Numbered from the stretch's first letter, positions 40,060 through 49,629 are shown. The stretch: 64,000 bases of DNA from a virus (IMGVR_UViG_3300042154_003418:40218-104217); one strand, 5' to 3'. Notes: generated by a model from the sequence alone, not told the origin. Numbers and translations: made by a program.

Positions 40060-40983
40060 TTATTTGTTTACATACTCTGCAATCGACCTAACATTTTCAC
40101 GATCTAAATCGCCAGGGTCTGTGCCGTCTGGTAAGTCGATGATTTCAACAACAAAGCCCTCGGCTTCAAGCACTGGCTTAAGAGCTTTTGCTGCACTGTT
40201 ACCTGCCTCGTCCCCGTCAAAAAGCAAGTAGATGTGCGTGATGCCTTGGGCTCGGAATGGTAACAGTTTTTGTTTTGTGTCATTTTGAAGAGTTTTAGTA
40301 CCAAAAGCGCATACTGCGTTTTCGCAGCCGTTGTCGTATAAGTTAAGCATATCAAATATGCCTTCCACCAATACCATGCTAGAATAACCACTGGGTAGGT
40401 GTGCTGGAAACAGCGGCATTGTTACACCTTGCGGGTAGTTAACATATCTGGGATTGCCAGCACTCATTGTGTGACGGCCAACAAATACCACTGTTTTTTG
40501 CGTAATATCACGAATGGGAAATACAATACGATCTTGTAGCTTTTCTACTTGATGGGTATAAAAAGCGCCAAAGTGCTTGAGTGTTGCTGGGCTAATGCCA
40601 CGAAACATTTTAGTCCAAGGCGTGTAACCTTGTGGCAACTCTAGCTCACGTCCAAATGATTTTAGTGTGGCCAGTTTTTCTTTGAGTGCTGCAATCTTTA
40701 CTGGAACCGGATTGGTAAAAACTCCGTAAAACTTGAAAAGGTTGGTTTTAAACCCACAAGCAAAACAGTGCGCAACTCCACTAACACGATCAACGCGAAA
40801 GCTAGGGTTTGAGTCAGGATGTTCTGGGTTCAAGCACTTGATCAAGTAGTCGCGGCCGCTGGCTTGATAGCCTAGGCCATTCTTTTGAATTAGTTCTAGT
40901 ACTGGGTCGCTCATATTAGTCTTGTATTTTGTAGAAGTCTTTGCAAGCCAACCAACCATTCTGAAAAGCCAGTAATTGTGCAT
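40060..40983 (-). CDS. DNA primase (CHC2 zinc finger + TOPRIM)
   Basis: CLNPEHPDSNPSFRVDRVSGVAHCFACG zinc finger. TOPRIM-like VLVEGIFD...DGDEAG. Confidence 0.8.
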   Translation of the reverse strand: MHNYWLFRMVGWLAKTSTKYKTNMSDPVLELIQKNGLGYQASGRDYLIKCLNPEHPDSNPSFRVDRVSGVAHCFACGFKTNLFKFYGVFTNPVPVKIAALKEKLATLKSFGRELELPQGYTPWTKMFRGISPATLKHFGAFYTHQVEKLQDRIVFPIRDITQKTVVFVGRHTMSAGNPRYVNYPQGVTMPLFPAHLPSGYSSMVLVEGIFDMLNLYDNGCENAVCAFGTKTLQNDTKQKLLPFRAQGITHIYLLFDGDEAGNSAAKALKPVLEAEGFVVEIIDLPDGTDPGDLDRENVRSIAEYVNK

Positions 40984-41119
40984 GTGCTGCTGTTGGTTGT
41001 GGTTTGTCAGGCACTATACGGTTATGGTACTTAACCCAAAAGTCCGCACTGATCATAGCCACAACTTCTTCGCCTAGTACTTCTAATATTTCGTCTGGTG
41101 TGTACATTATGCATTCCAA
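40916..41119 (-). CDS. small hypothetical protein
   Basis: 67-aa ORF bridging the primase and the helicase. Confidence 0.3.
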   Translation of the reverse strand: MECIMYTPDEILEVLGEEVVAMISADFWVKYHNRIVPDKPQPTAAHAQLLAFQNGWLACKDFYKIQD

Positions 41120-42495
41120 GGTAAATCTGCGCCACTATCATTAACTGCAACTGTTTCTTCTTGCGACTTTTTCACTCGCTTAACCGCTTCTTTAGCAGCA
41201 GGCTTGTCCACACTCTGTGGCGAGATGCGTAGTGTGTCCCAGTCAATTGGGCATGTGAAAGCCATCTCCTTGCCACCACGAATCTTAGTTGTTTCGAAAG
41301 AAACCGCATTCGTTTCTTTATCATGCGCTTCCATTGTAAGCGCGATATCCGCTGCGTCCAAGATGCCTTTGGCAAATCTCGCCTCGCCGTCTTTGTCAAT
41401 TTGATAAGGAGATACCATGACAATTTCGTATTTCCGGGCCAGGTTTTTGAGCTTCTTTGAGACTTCAATCTGTGGCTTCCAATCATACTGGTCGTTTCCT
41501 TCTAAGACAATTTGGTTCAAGTAGTCAACCACAGCAACCTTTAACTTATCACCAAACTTTGCCTTGGCTTTGCCAATATGCAAGTCGATGCTGCTTAGGG
41601 TCAGGTCACGGTCATCAACAATAATCATTTGATTATCTGCTTTTAACTGAAAGTTTCGTACTAGTGTTTCTTCAAACTTGAATCTGTCACGATGACGTAG
41701 GAACTCACTGATAGTTTCGTCAGCGCCTTCAAACATACCAGCACGAGCTTTTACAACTGCCAGAACTTCAGTGTCAGTTAACTTGTGTTGCTTGAGATTT
41801 TGAAGATTAACATTGGCTAGAATAGCCAAGTTACGCTCCATAGTCTCTTTGGCAGTCATTTCAATACTGAAATAAATGCAACTGTTACCAGACTCATATT
41901 GATTAATAAAAAGATTGCTACAACTAATAGATTTGCCGGAGCCTCGTTTACCCCCAATGAGAATGAGTTCTTGGCGAGCAACGCCACCAAGCACACTGTC
42001 AAAACTGTTATTAAGGCCAAGATAAACACGTTCGCGCTCCAAGTCTTCGGGGTGGCTAAACATCATCATGTCAGCCATTGTAAACACCTTTTCAGATGTA
42101 TGGGTTTTTTCTTCGATTGTTAGCGCAATTGTGGCTAAGTTTTCTTTTATTTCGTTTGTGTCGTAGAGTGGCAGTTTATCTACGAACTTATCTAGTAATT
42201 TTACCGTTTCACTCTGAGTGTACTGGTCGATTAGTGCGTCCAGTGCAACTTCGGCTGAAACGTCTGGTATCTCGGTTAACCGGAGAGTCGCCAGTGTTTT
42301 TGACGCCGGACCCTCCCTTAAGGTTAGTTCGAGTTCATCGAACGACGGAATAGCGCTGTACTTTTCATAGTACTTGTTAACCACGCTATACAAGGAAGAA
42401 TACGCAGGATCTAAAAACACTAACTTGAGCTTGGCCCAGATATCTAGGTTACGTTCTGTTAATAATTTGTTTAAGACTACTGCTGATGTATCCAA
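41107..42495 (-). CDS. DnaB-like replicative helicase
   Basis: Walker A GGKRGSGKS, Walker B IVDDRD. RecA-fold C-terminal domain. Confidence 0.8.
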   Translation of the reverse strand: MDTSAVVLNKLLTERNLDIWAKLKLVFLDPAYSSLYSVVNKYYEKYSAIPSFDELELTLREGPASKTLATLRLTEIPDVSAEVALDALIDQYTQSETVKLLDKFVDKLPLYDTNEIKENLATIALTIEEKTHTSEKVFTMADMMMFSHPEDLERERVYLGLNNSFDSVLGGVARQELILIGGKRGSGKSISCSNLFINQYESGNSCIYFSIEMTAKETMERNLAILANVNLQNLKQHKLTDTEVLAVVKARAGMFEGADETISEFLRHRDRFKFEETLVRNFQLKADNQMIIVDDRDLTLSSIDLHIGKAKAKFGDKLKVAVVDYLNQIVLEGNDQYDWKPQIEVSKKLKNLARKYEIVMVSPYQIDKDGEARFAKGILDAADIALTMEAHDKETNAVSFETTKIRGGKEMAFTCPIDWDTLRISPQSVDKPAAKEAVKRVKKSQEETVAVNDSGADLPWNA

Positions 42496-42496
42496 G

Positions 42497-42796
42497 TTAC
42501 CCTACTTTCGCTTCATTGTCAATAATAACTTGATCTACGATTTCGGTAACTTTGTACATTATCTGATCTCGTAATTTTTTAATATCTTGCTGATACGTTG
42601 CACCACTGTCATACAACAAACTCAATTGCTCGTGAGTTAGTAGCTGTTGTAGCCCAAAATAAATGTGGTCATAAGCCATTGTAGATTCTGGAGTGATTTC
42701 TATCTGAGCAGCTTTACCGTAATTTTTAACTGCAAAAGAAACTACTTCCTCTACTGTTAAAGATTCATTGTCGTGGTATGTGATTGTAACACGCAT
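42497..42796 (-). CDS. hypothetical protein
   Basis: 99-aa ORF. Confidence 0.4.
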   Translation of the reverse strand: MRVTITYHDNESLTVEEVVSFAVKNYGKAAQIEITPESTMAYDHIYFGLQQLLTHEQLSLLYDSGATYQQDIKKLRDQIMYKVTEIVDQVIIDNEAKVG

Positions 42797-42814
42797 ACTT
42801 TGACCTCCTAAAAC

Positions 42815-42852
42815 AGAAAAAGCCCGGGAGCTTTATGGGACTCCCGGGCTAT
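42815..42852 (-). terminator. Rho-independent terminator
   Basis: agcccgggag-ctttatggga-ctcccgggct with an A5 run on + (T-run on -). Confidence 0.6.
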
Positions 42853-42866
42853 TGGTTTAAACCAGA

Positions 42867-43616
42867 TTAAGCTGCTGCTTTAGCTTCGGCTTTGGCTTTT
42901 TTAGCTGCACCATCATAGTCAGCAACTTTGATACCACGGCGAGTCAGCAATGTACGCAGACCACGTTCTGTTTTGTCAACAGCAGCTGCAATTTCTGCAA
43001 CTGTCATGGTGTGAATACGATCACCAAGGGCAACCACCGGATCAACGGATTCTTTGGCATGAGATTCGCGCTGTGCTGGAATCTTGCTAATCTGACCTTT
43101 GCGTGTCAAGCTCAGGGCTTTACCACGAACACTGGCAACAGTCTTGTTGAGCTTGGCAGCGATATCTTCAATAAAGTTACCGGCATCAGCCATTTTCACA
43201 AAAGTGGCTTCTTCGGCTTCGGTATAAGTACGAGCCACTTCCACTTTTTCAGCTGGCTTTACACTGCCAGTTAGTTCCAGGGCCAGCAATTTGCCTTGGA
43301 TTTGTTTTGCAGTGAACTTGCCGTCAGCAAAGTTTTCAGCAATTTCTTTGTAAGTCAAGTTACCTGCATTAGCACTCACGAAATCGGCAAGATCAGCGCC
43401 TTCGTCGGGTGTAAATGCACTGGTTTTTTCTTTTGCAAGACTAGCAACTTCACGGTCAAGTTGACGCAGTTTAGATGCAATACTGCGAGTAGTTTTACCC
43501 AGTTGTTCAGCAGCACGCTCAACGCTATCAACGCTAACGGGGCTTTCGCTTCCAACGATTTGCATCAGTTGGTCAACAGCTTCGTCAGACCAGTTTTTAG
43601 TAGCTTTTTCAGTCAT
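42867..43616 (-). CDS. repeat-containing putative DNA-binding protein
   Basis: 249 aa with three about 60-aa internal repeats (..KLRQL.., ..QGKLLALEL.., ..RGKALSLTRKG.., ..LRTLLTRRG..) and an Ala/Lys tail. Confidence 0.4.
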   Translation of the reverse strand: MTEKATKNWSDEAVDQLMQIVGSESPVSVDSVERAAEQLGKTTRSIASKLRQLDREVASLAKEKTSAFTPDEGADLADFVSANAGNLTYKEIAENFADGKFTAKQIQGKLLALELTGSVKPAEKVEVARTYTEAEEATFVKMADAGNFIEDIAAKLNKTVASVRGKALSLTRKGQISKIPAQRESHAKESVDPVVALGDRIHTMTVAEIAAAVDKTERGLRTLLTRRGIKVADYDGAAKKAKAEAKAAA

Positions 43617-44376
43617 TTGTATTTTCTTTCAAGAAAGTATTTAGGTTTGTTATAATTGGGATGCCAAGTGATTCGGCTTTTTTGCGTTTTGTACTAGCCT
43701 TATCTTCTTCATCAACCAAATAGTCAGTGGTTTTAGTCACAGACTCTACTGCTCTGTATCCGGCAGCTTCCAGTGCTTGATAAGCATCTGCTTTGGTTTT
43801 GTAAGAAGATAGTTTTCCAGTGATACAAACAGTTTTAGAATTGTTGTTACTGATTGTATTGGAATTTCTATTAGACTTAAAAGAGAACGGCAAAAACTCT
43901 CGTAAGTCAGGGAAATCTGTTTGTAACCAACCAACTAGGTTTTCGGTTACTTTGTCGCCTAAACCGGCTTGTTTGCAGGTTTCGTATGTGATTTGATCAA
44001 TATGCTCAACCACTTCACAAATCTTTTTTGATGCTGTGCTGCCAACTAGGGTAATCGAGAAACTTGCTAATACTGTGGCTAAGTCAACAGCTTTGGCACG
44101 TTCAATTTCATCAAGTAGTTTTGCGGCAGTTTTTTCACTGCCCAAGGCTTCTGTTACAGCGTCTAGATCAAGATAGAACAGCTCAGTTAAATCTTGTAAG
44201 TCAAGCTTTTCTACTGTCTTTGGGCCCATGCCTTTGATGCCAAGGGTCTTACAAAAGTGCTCTAGTTTTTTACCCAGCTGTGCACCGCAAGCTGTGTTGC
44301 GGCAAAAGAGTTGGTCATTGACCAATTCAAGTGTGTAGCTACAGCAGGGGCAAACGGTTGGGATTTCGATCTTCAT
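43609..44376 (-). CDS. NAD-dependent DNA ligase C-terminal fragment (Zn finger - HhH - BRCT)
   Basis: CPCCSYTLELVNDQLFCRNTAC zinc finger. HhH GIKGMGPKTVEKL. BRCT-like VCITGKL...LGIPIIT. Confidence 0.7.
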   Translation of the reverse strand: MKIEIPTVCPCCSYTLELVNDQLFCRNTACGAQLGKKLEHFCKTLGIKGMGPKTVEKLDLQDLTELFYLDLDAVTEALGSEKTAAKLLDEIERAKAVDLATVLASFSITLVGSTASKKICEVVEHIDQITYETCKQAGLGDKVTENLVGWLQTDFPDLREFLPFSFKSNRNSNTISNNNSKTVCITGKLSSYKTKADAYQALEAAGYRAVESVTKTTDYLVDEEDKASTKRKKAESLGIPIITNLNTFLKENTND

Positions 44377-44401
44377 AGTGGTTTATTGCTTTGTAGACTA
44401 T

Positions 44402-44430
44402 ATTATAACTGATTGGGACGGCTTTGACAA
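44402..44430 (-). promoter_or_regulatory. T5-type early promoter in front of the ligase C-fragment
   Basis: On the - strand: cttgtcaaagccgtcccaatcagttataatatag. Confidence 0.5.
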
Positions 44431-44447
44431 GTGTAAATTTTTAGTGC

Positions 44448-45128
44448 TTAAGCTAATGTCCAGCCTTTGTGATGGTTTCTAGTACCTTTTAAAACTTCCG
44501 TGAGTTTTGGTTGTAGTAGTCCGTGTTCTTTGGCAAAATTTGTAACGTGAGTAACTTCATAGACTTTGCCTTCTGGTGATTTTATGGAAGGGTATTGCTT
44601 GCCGTAATAGTAAGGTAACTCTTGTTTTATTCGTATCAGCTCTGCATATTCGTTAGGACATACTTCTGATAGCCAGCAGTGGCTTTCTAAGGCAGCTATG
44701 TGCCTTATTGTATATATAGATATACCTGTTATTTCCTCTATTTCACGCTTACTTAATGTAGGAGCTTTCTGTATTAATAATCGTAATACTGAAATATACT
44801 GCTCATTAGTATACTTTGCAGTACCTGATCTTTCTCCAAACATAATGGGATTACCAGACTCACTAAGAGTATTAAATCCGTTATTTACGGAGTCAAATAT
44901 TTCTATAGCTTCTTTTTCAGTACTATTTAGAGCAGCTATGTTAGCTTCTACCAATAGCTCTAGATTAGGCATTCCGTAGGTATTAAATGCTTGCTGTAAT
45001 TTAGGTGCAGCTGCATTTCTATTAAAAGCACTTTTGTGCTTAATAAATCTATCCTCTATATCCAAGGACTGACCTATATAAACCTTATTTGTATAATTAA
45101 ATCTTAACACATAAATTCCAGTAGTCAT
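44448..45128 (-). CDS. GIY-YIG homing endonuclease
   Basis: N-terminus TGIYVLRFNYTNKVYIGQSLDIEDRFIKH carries the GIY...YIG motif with the conserved R and E. C-terminal DNA-binding region. AT-rich codon usage distinct from its neighbours. Confidence 0.8.
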   Translation of the reverse strand: MTTGIYVLRFNYTNKVYIGQSLDIEDRFIKHKSAFNRNAAAPKLQQAFNTYGMPNLELLVEANIAALNSTEKEAIEIFDSVNNGFNTLSESGNPIMFGERSGTAKYTNEQYISVLRLLIQKAPTLSKREIEEITGISIYTIRHIAALESHCWLSEVCPNEYAELIRIKQELPYYYGKQYPSIKSPEGKVYEVTHVTNFAKEHGLLQPKLTEVLKGTRNHHKGWTLA

Positions 45129-45187
45129 ATTTACCTCACTTGCTTATATTATAGCACATGAGGTATAATTTGTCCAACCAAAATTTT

Positions 45188-46138
45188 TTATGCATCAACT
45201 TTATGTAAAATACACGGAATAATCATGCCTGCGCGAATAACGGCCACGGTGTCGCCAATACGCAAGTCTAGCATTTGAATAAAACCAGGATTATTAAGAG
45301 TAGCACGACTGACGAGAGCATCGCCAATAAGCACAGGTTCAAGAATTGCCACTGGGCTAACTTTGCCACTCTTGCCGACTTGCCACTCAACTGCAACAAG
45401 TTTGGTTTCAACGTGGGCTGCTCGTTCTTTTTTAGCATACGCACCGCGCGGATGCTTGGCCGTATACCCCATCTCGTAGAACTGACTATTGTTATTGACT
45501 CGGAAGACAACACCATCGCACGGGAATATTTTGTCGAGATCTGGTTCATTGATTACTCCAAAACCTGCCAGTTGCAGTGCTGCCAAGTCTGCGTTAAATG
45601 TTTCGTGTAGGCTAGGCTGAACGCCATAGGCAAAGAAACTCAGTGCTCGTGATTGAAATTCCGACACATCTTTTAAGTTAAGTGCGCCTGCTGCATAGTT
45701 GCGAGCATTTTCAATATTGAGTGGAGCCACAATCTCGCCAGTGATCTGGTAAACGCCTGGCCACGGCACAGTTTGTGGCACAATAGGATTGCCCAAGAAC
45801 TTGTCAGTTACAATCTGACCTTCTACACCATCCCCACGGGTAAGAACTCGAACAAGATTACCGTCAACATAAAGTAAGCTAAGAGCTGCCCCATCAAGCT
45901 TAATGCTTGTAGCAACCGATCTAATACCTTGGAGTGGTTGGGTACCTTCATCTTCGTAATACTTTTGCAGTGAATACATTTGATACAAGTGACGCTCAGT
46001 TTTTGAGTTCTGCTTAGCGCCCACAGCATTATAGCCTACTGACGCAGCAAGCGCATCAAACTGTGCGTCAGTGATAAATGGGCTACCTGCGTAATACGCG
46101 GCTGAAGCTGAGTCGAGATATTGTGTGATTTTGTTCAT
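45188..46138 (-). CDS. NAD-dependent DNA ligase N-terminal fragment (adenylation + OB domains)
   Basis: AAYYAGSPFITDAQFDAL N-terminal motif. KLDG adenylation lysine motif. OB-fold segment VEWQVGKSGKVSPVAILEPVLIGDALVSRATLNN...IGDTV. Confidence 0.75.
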   Translation of the reverse strand: MNKITQYLDSASAAYYAGSPFITDAQFDALAASVGYNAVGAKQNSKTERHLYQMYSLQKYYEDEGTQPLQGIRSVATSIKLDGAALSLLYVDGNLVRVLTRGDGVEGQIVTDKFLGNPIVPQTVPWPGVYQITGEIVAPLNIENARNYAAGALNLKDVSEFQSRALSFFAYGVQPSLHETFNADLAALQLAGFGVINEPDLDKIFPCDGVVFRVNNNSQFYEMGYTAKHPRGAYAKKERAAHVETKLVAVEWQVGKSGKVSPVAILEPVLIGDALVSRATLNNPGFIQMLDLRIGDTVAVIRAGMIIPCILHKVDA

Positions 46139-46318
46139 AGCAACTATTATAGCAGTTTAGGGTCGCGGCTTCAAGTGTATTTTTAAAAGTGCTTGCCAAA
46201 TGCACAGTAAATAGCAAACCACTTATTAGTGGGATTGCCTTCGTGTGCAGGGTTATAGTGCCAAGCAATATAAGGCATATTTCTACTAATTTGAAAATGC
46301 CTACAACCAAAACGTATA

Positions 46319-46618
46319 TTAAAGAGTAGGTTGCTCATGCTTTTCCTTGATTTTGTTGTAGTAGTGCGTGATAATTTCTTCACCTTCGGCACGGGCACAG
46401 ATATCCAACATACCATCAATAATGCCGCGCATGTTTTCCAGCGAGGCTGGAATGCTTACACCTTCACGGCTAGGAACCCACTCACCTTCATACGACAAAA
46501 AGTACTTGCGTAGTTGGATGTAAGTGGTTTCGCGAAAGTCGTTTACCACTAGTCGAACCTGAAAACCTTTGTCCATGTTTTCTTCGATTAGTTTTTCGTA
46601 TTGTATATTAGCGTCCAT
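46319..46618 (-). CDS. hypothetical protein
   Basis: 99-aa ORF. Confidence 0.35.
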   Translation of the reverse strand: MDANIQYEKLIEENMDKGFQVRLVVNDFRETTYIQLRKYFLSYEGEWVPSREGVSIPASLENMRGIIDGMLDICARAEGEEIITHYYNKIKEKHEQPTL

Positions 46619-46620
46619 AA

Positions 46621-46866
46621 TTATTCCGGTTTTGGCGCCTGTATAATTTTCTGCAGGCTTTCGCTATCTGCTGGCCAAGCCCAGTGCACAGCTGTCCAAT
46701 CAGTAATACAATTATTTTCTGAGATTTGCGACTCCCGACCTACTGCACGCATGGTACTAGACCAATAGTCCCAGTAGGTATCGAGTATTGCACGATCTGA
46801 GTAAATCTGGTATACTGCTTCGCTGGAAGTTTCTGATGCGGGTTCGCAATAAATCCAGTATCTCAT
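46621..46866 (-). CDS. hypothetical protein
   Basis: 81-aa ORF. Confidence 0.35.
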   Translation of the reverse strand: MRYWIYCEPASETSSEAVYQIYSDRAILDTYWDYWSSTMRAVGRESQISENNCITDWTAVHWAWPADSESLQKIIQAPKPE

Positions 46867-47252
46867 TTCTTGGCCTTTTCTACAGCTTTTTCAATGCCTT
46901 CGTCAATATAGCCGTCTAGTTTTTGATTAATAATGGTAAGTACTTTGGAACCCATTTGCTCCACCTTAGGGTCTTGAGCAATTTTTTGTGCAGCATAAGC
47001 ACCTACCATAGTGTATGCTGTCTTCTGACTGGGAAGAATCACTACTAAGAATACTGCCGCTAGACCAATACCAAACCACATTTTGACTCGTTTCCAAGCC
47101 CAGAGCTTGTTCTTATTATCGTCGCCATACTGATCGCCCATATAGAGGAATAAGCCTAATACAATCAGTGCAGATAGTCCAACTAAGGCACCAAGAATGC
47201 CACGGATACCTGATAATGTATTAATTGCGTAAACAAGTAGTGCTAAATCCAT
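46863..47252 (-). CDS. small integral membrane protein, possible NfeD-like partner of the SPFH protein
   Basis: 2-3 transmembrane helices. Coupled downstream of the SPFH gene. Confidence 0.4.
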   Translation of the reverse strand: MDLALLVYAINTLSGIRGILGALVGLSALIVLGLFLYMGDQYGDDNKNKLWAWKRVKMWFGIGLAAVFLVVILPSQKTAYTMVGAYAAQKIAQDPKVEQMGSKVLTIINQKLDGYIDEGIEKAVEKAKK

Positions 47253-47253
47253 A

Positions 47254-48051
47254 TTACTTGTTCATCATGAGTGCTGTGAAGTTGCTGGGCACAACAATAG
47301 TCTGTACTTTGCCGTTCTTGATACCTTCTGAGATATTCAACATGGCTTGTGCTTCCATAAACTTGATAGAACTACCACTGTTGTTGGCCAGTGCTGCCAT
47401 ACGGCGGCTTTCAGCTTCAGCAGTTTTAACTTCAACTTCTTTTTGCTTCAATTCGTTCTTGCTTCGAACCAGAGCATTAGCACTTTCAACAACTGTGTCA
47501 CTTGGAACCACGTTACGAATCATAACTTGACTAATCATGATTGCGCCGTCCAACTTTTCTTCGGCAAGGTTGCGAACGATTTCTTCTTGGATGAATCGTT
47601 CCATTTCATTACGCTTGTCTGCCATATCCAGTGCTTCGTACTTGCGAGCTGCCTTGTAGATAGCGTTACGAGCATTTTGAACAATGTAGTTATACATCAC
47701 ATAAGTATCACCTTTGAACTCAGCGTGGAAGCTTTTGTTCTTGGTTGAGTACAGTTCAGAAACTTGTTGTGGATTGATGTTGTAGACAACCACAGCATCC
47801 AAGTCTTTCATGGTAGAATTGTCAGCAGCCACTGGAGTCATGTTATCCATAGTAACATTAACATCTTTGATGGGAAAGGTCAATACCGTGCCAACAAGAG
47901 TTTGGTTGAAACTGCCGGGCAACAGTTCACCACTTTGCACCTGTTTGTCAAAACCAACGCGCACGCCGACTTCGCCGGTTTCGATACGAGTACAGCCAGT
48001 AGCAGCAACAATAACAGCGGAAAGAGCAAGAAGTTTAAAAGTATTTTTCAT
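47254..48051 (-). CDS. SPFH/band-7 (stomatin/HflC-like) lipoprotein
   Basis: Lipobox AATGC. IETGEVGVRVGFDK... SPFH-domain pattern and a C-terminal coiled coil. Confidence 0.6.
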   Translation of the reverse strand: MKNTFKLLALSAVIVAATGCTRIETGEVGVRVGFDKQVQSGELLPGSFNQTLVGTVLTFPIKDVNVTMDNMTPVAADNSTMKDLDAVVVYNINPQQVSELYSTKNKSFHAEFKGDTYVMYNYIVQNARNAIYKAARKYEALDMADKRNEMERFIQEEIVRNLAEEKLDGAIMISQVMIRNVVPSDTVVESANALVRSKNELKQKEVEVKTAEAESRRMAALANNSGSSIKFMEAQAMLNISEGIKNGKVQTIVVPSNFTALMMNK

Positions 48052-48212
48052 TTAGAATAGTTGTGTGATAACAAAAAGAATTATTAGAGAAGCTGTAGCA
48101 AATGCTCCAACCTTAAACGCAAGTTTATACTCGCGTAGTGTAAATTTGCTAACAGCGTTATAAACAAAAGCTACTAGTAGAGTTACTAGTACAAATGCTA
48201 TGAATATTTGAA

Positions 48213-48839
48213 TCAAATTCGTACTCCTAGTTCACGAAGATGTTGAAGGCTGGCAAGCTCGTAAGCTTCTTGGTTTGCAGATTGCAGCCACTTATCAGCT
48301 AGCAGCCACACACGGTAGATATAACCGTATTTTTCGGTTTTGGTTTCAGTGTCAATACGAGCCAAGCTGTCGTAACGGGCACTGTAAACAATCTCGCCTA
48401 CTTGGAATCGGTCACGCACTGCACCGTCTGGAATAAGTTCTGGGCTAAAGTAAGTATGGCCGGGCACACGAATTGGCACTGCGTGTGTTTCAAGAATGTT
48501 CTTGATAAAGGTTGGACTTCGATAAGTCATTTTTGAAATAGCATCCACTGTTTCACCGTTCAAGTACTCCGAAATAATGTACACAATGTCTTCGCGACTG
48601 GCAGGTTTGCCGCGCAGCTCAGCACGCCGCTGTGCGTTGCGTGCTTGAGTCTTTTTGAACTCGTCAATGATCGTACCAAGACGTGTGGTGTTGTATGCCA
48701 TGCCTAGAATCTGGCAGGCATCTTTTTTAGTAATAGGTTTTACACCCTGTTCGGTGGGCTCAAGCAATCGAATAACTCTGCTAATGTTAGCATCAGTCAT
48801 CAATTCTGCTTCCAAGTCGCTTCGTTTTTTCGTTGCCAT
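48213..48839 (-). CDS. hypothetical protein
   Basis: 208-aa ORF. Confidence 0.4.
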   Translation of the reverse strand: MATKKRSDLEAELMTDANISRVIRLLEPTEQGVKPITKKDACQILGMAYNTTRLGTIIDEFKKTQARNAQRRAELRGKPASREDIVYIISEYLNGETVDAISKMTYRSPTFIKNILETHAVPIRVPGHTYFSPELIPDGAVRDRFQVGEIVYSARYDSLARIDTETKTEKYGYIYRVWLLADKWLQSANQEAYELASLQHLRELGVRI

Positions 48840-49018
48840 TATTTTACCTTTATAATAGATTTACATATAGGGCACACAATACCTTGCACTACGTCAAAAT
48901 CACCTAAGTAATCATGATTTATTCTGTGCTCTTGTATTTCCTCGTAGCTGTAGGCTAGCTCAGAATTACATTTCGGGCAAGTACAAGTAAAATTATTGCG
49001 CCGTACTAGGTGTACCAT
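48839..49018 (-). CDS. zinc-ribbon micro-protein (59 aa), not in the ORF track
   Basis: Manual translation gives MVHLVRRNNFTCTCPKCNSELAYSYEEIQEHRINHDYLGDFDVVQGIVCPICKSIIKVK, with CxxC...CxxC. Its stop overlaps the start of the 48213..48839 gene. Confidence 0.4.
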   Translation of the reverse strand: MVHLVRRNNFTCTCPKCNSELAYSYEEIQEHRINHDYLGDFDVVQGIVCPICKSIIKVK

Positions 49019-49019
49019 A

Positions 49020-49232
49020 TTAATACATGCCTTTGGTTTTAATGCCGTACTTCTCTAGATGTTTTGACTTTTGTTTTGCATCATAGACTGCGATAGCTGT
49101 GCGTACTTCTTGCAGCAGCGCTTCGTCATCCCACACTAGCTCTGTACTACCATCTTGGTGTGTGGTAACTGTTAAGTGGCTGCCACGTACTACACGGGGC
49201 CACTTTTCTTTGGATTTTTTAAGTGTTGCCAT
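49020..49232 (-). CDS. hypothetical small protein
   Basis: 70-aa ORF. Confidence 0.35.
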   Translation of the reverse strand: MATLKKSKEKWPRVVRGSHLTVTTHQDGSTELVWDDEALLQEVRTAIAVYDAKQKSKHLEKYGIKTKGMY

Positions 49233-49258
49233 AATAACAAAGGCGGCACGGAGCCGCC
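49232..49258 (-). terminator. Rho-independent terminator
   Basis: ggcggc-acgga-gccgcc with an A-rich run on + (T-rich on -). Confidence 0.45.
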
Positions 49259-49263
49259 TGAGA

Positions 49264-49629
49264 TTAGCCTTTGATAACGCCCAAGAAGTAAACAGCGGCT
49301 TTGCCAGTCAATTTACTCAAGATATCAGCATCAACTGTTTTGCCTGCATCTTCGATAGCAGCAGTTAGGTCAGCAATAGCCGACTCTTTTGAAACGCGAG
49401 CAGGCTTGTCGCCAGTGCCAGCAGTTTTGGTTTTGCCTGGAGCAGCACCAGGGTCTTTTTTCACATACACGCCAGCTTGCACCAGCACCATACGCACGCC
49501 GTTAGCAGACATTTCGATTTCTTCGGCAATGTCTTTGATAATTTCGGTTGAGTTTTCAGGAGTTGGGCCAGCACCTTCGTACTTGGCAATAACTTCCGCT
49601 TTCAATTCATCAGTCCATGTAGCAGCCAT
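49264..49629 (-). CDS. hypothetical protein
   Basis: 121-aa ORF. Confidence 0.4.
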   Translation of the reverse strand: MAATWTDELKAEVIAKYEGAGPTPENSTEIIKDIAEEIEMSANGVRMVLVQAGVYVKKDPGAAPGKTKTAGTGDKPARVSKESAIADLTAAIEDAGKTVDADILSKLTGKAAVYFLGVIKG

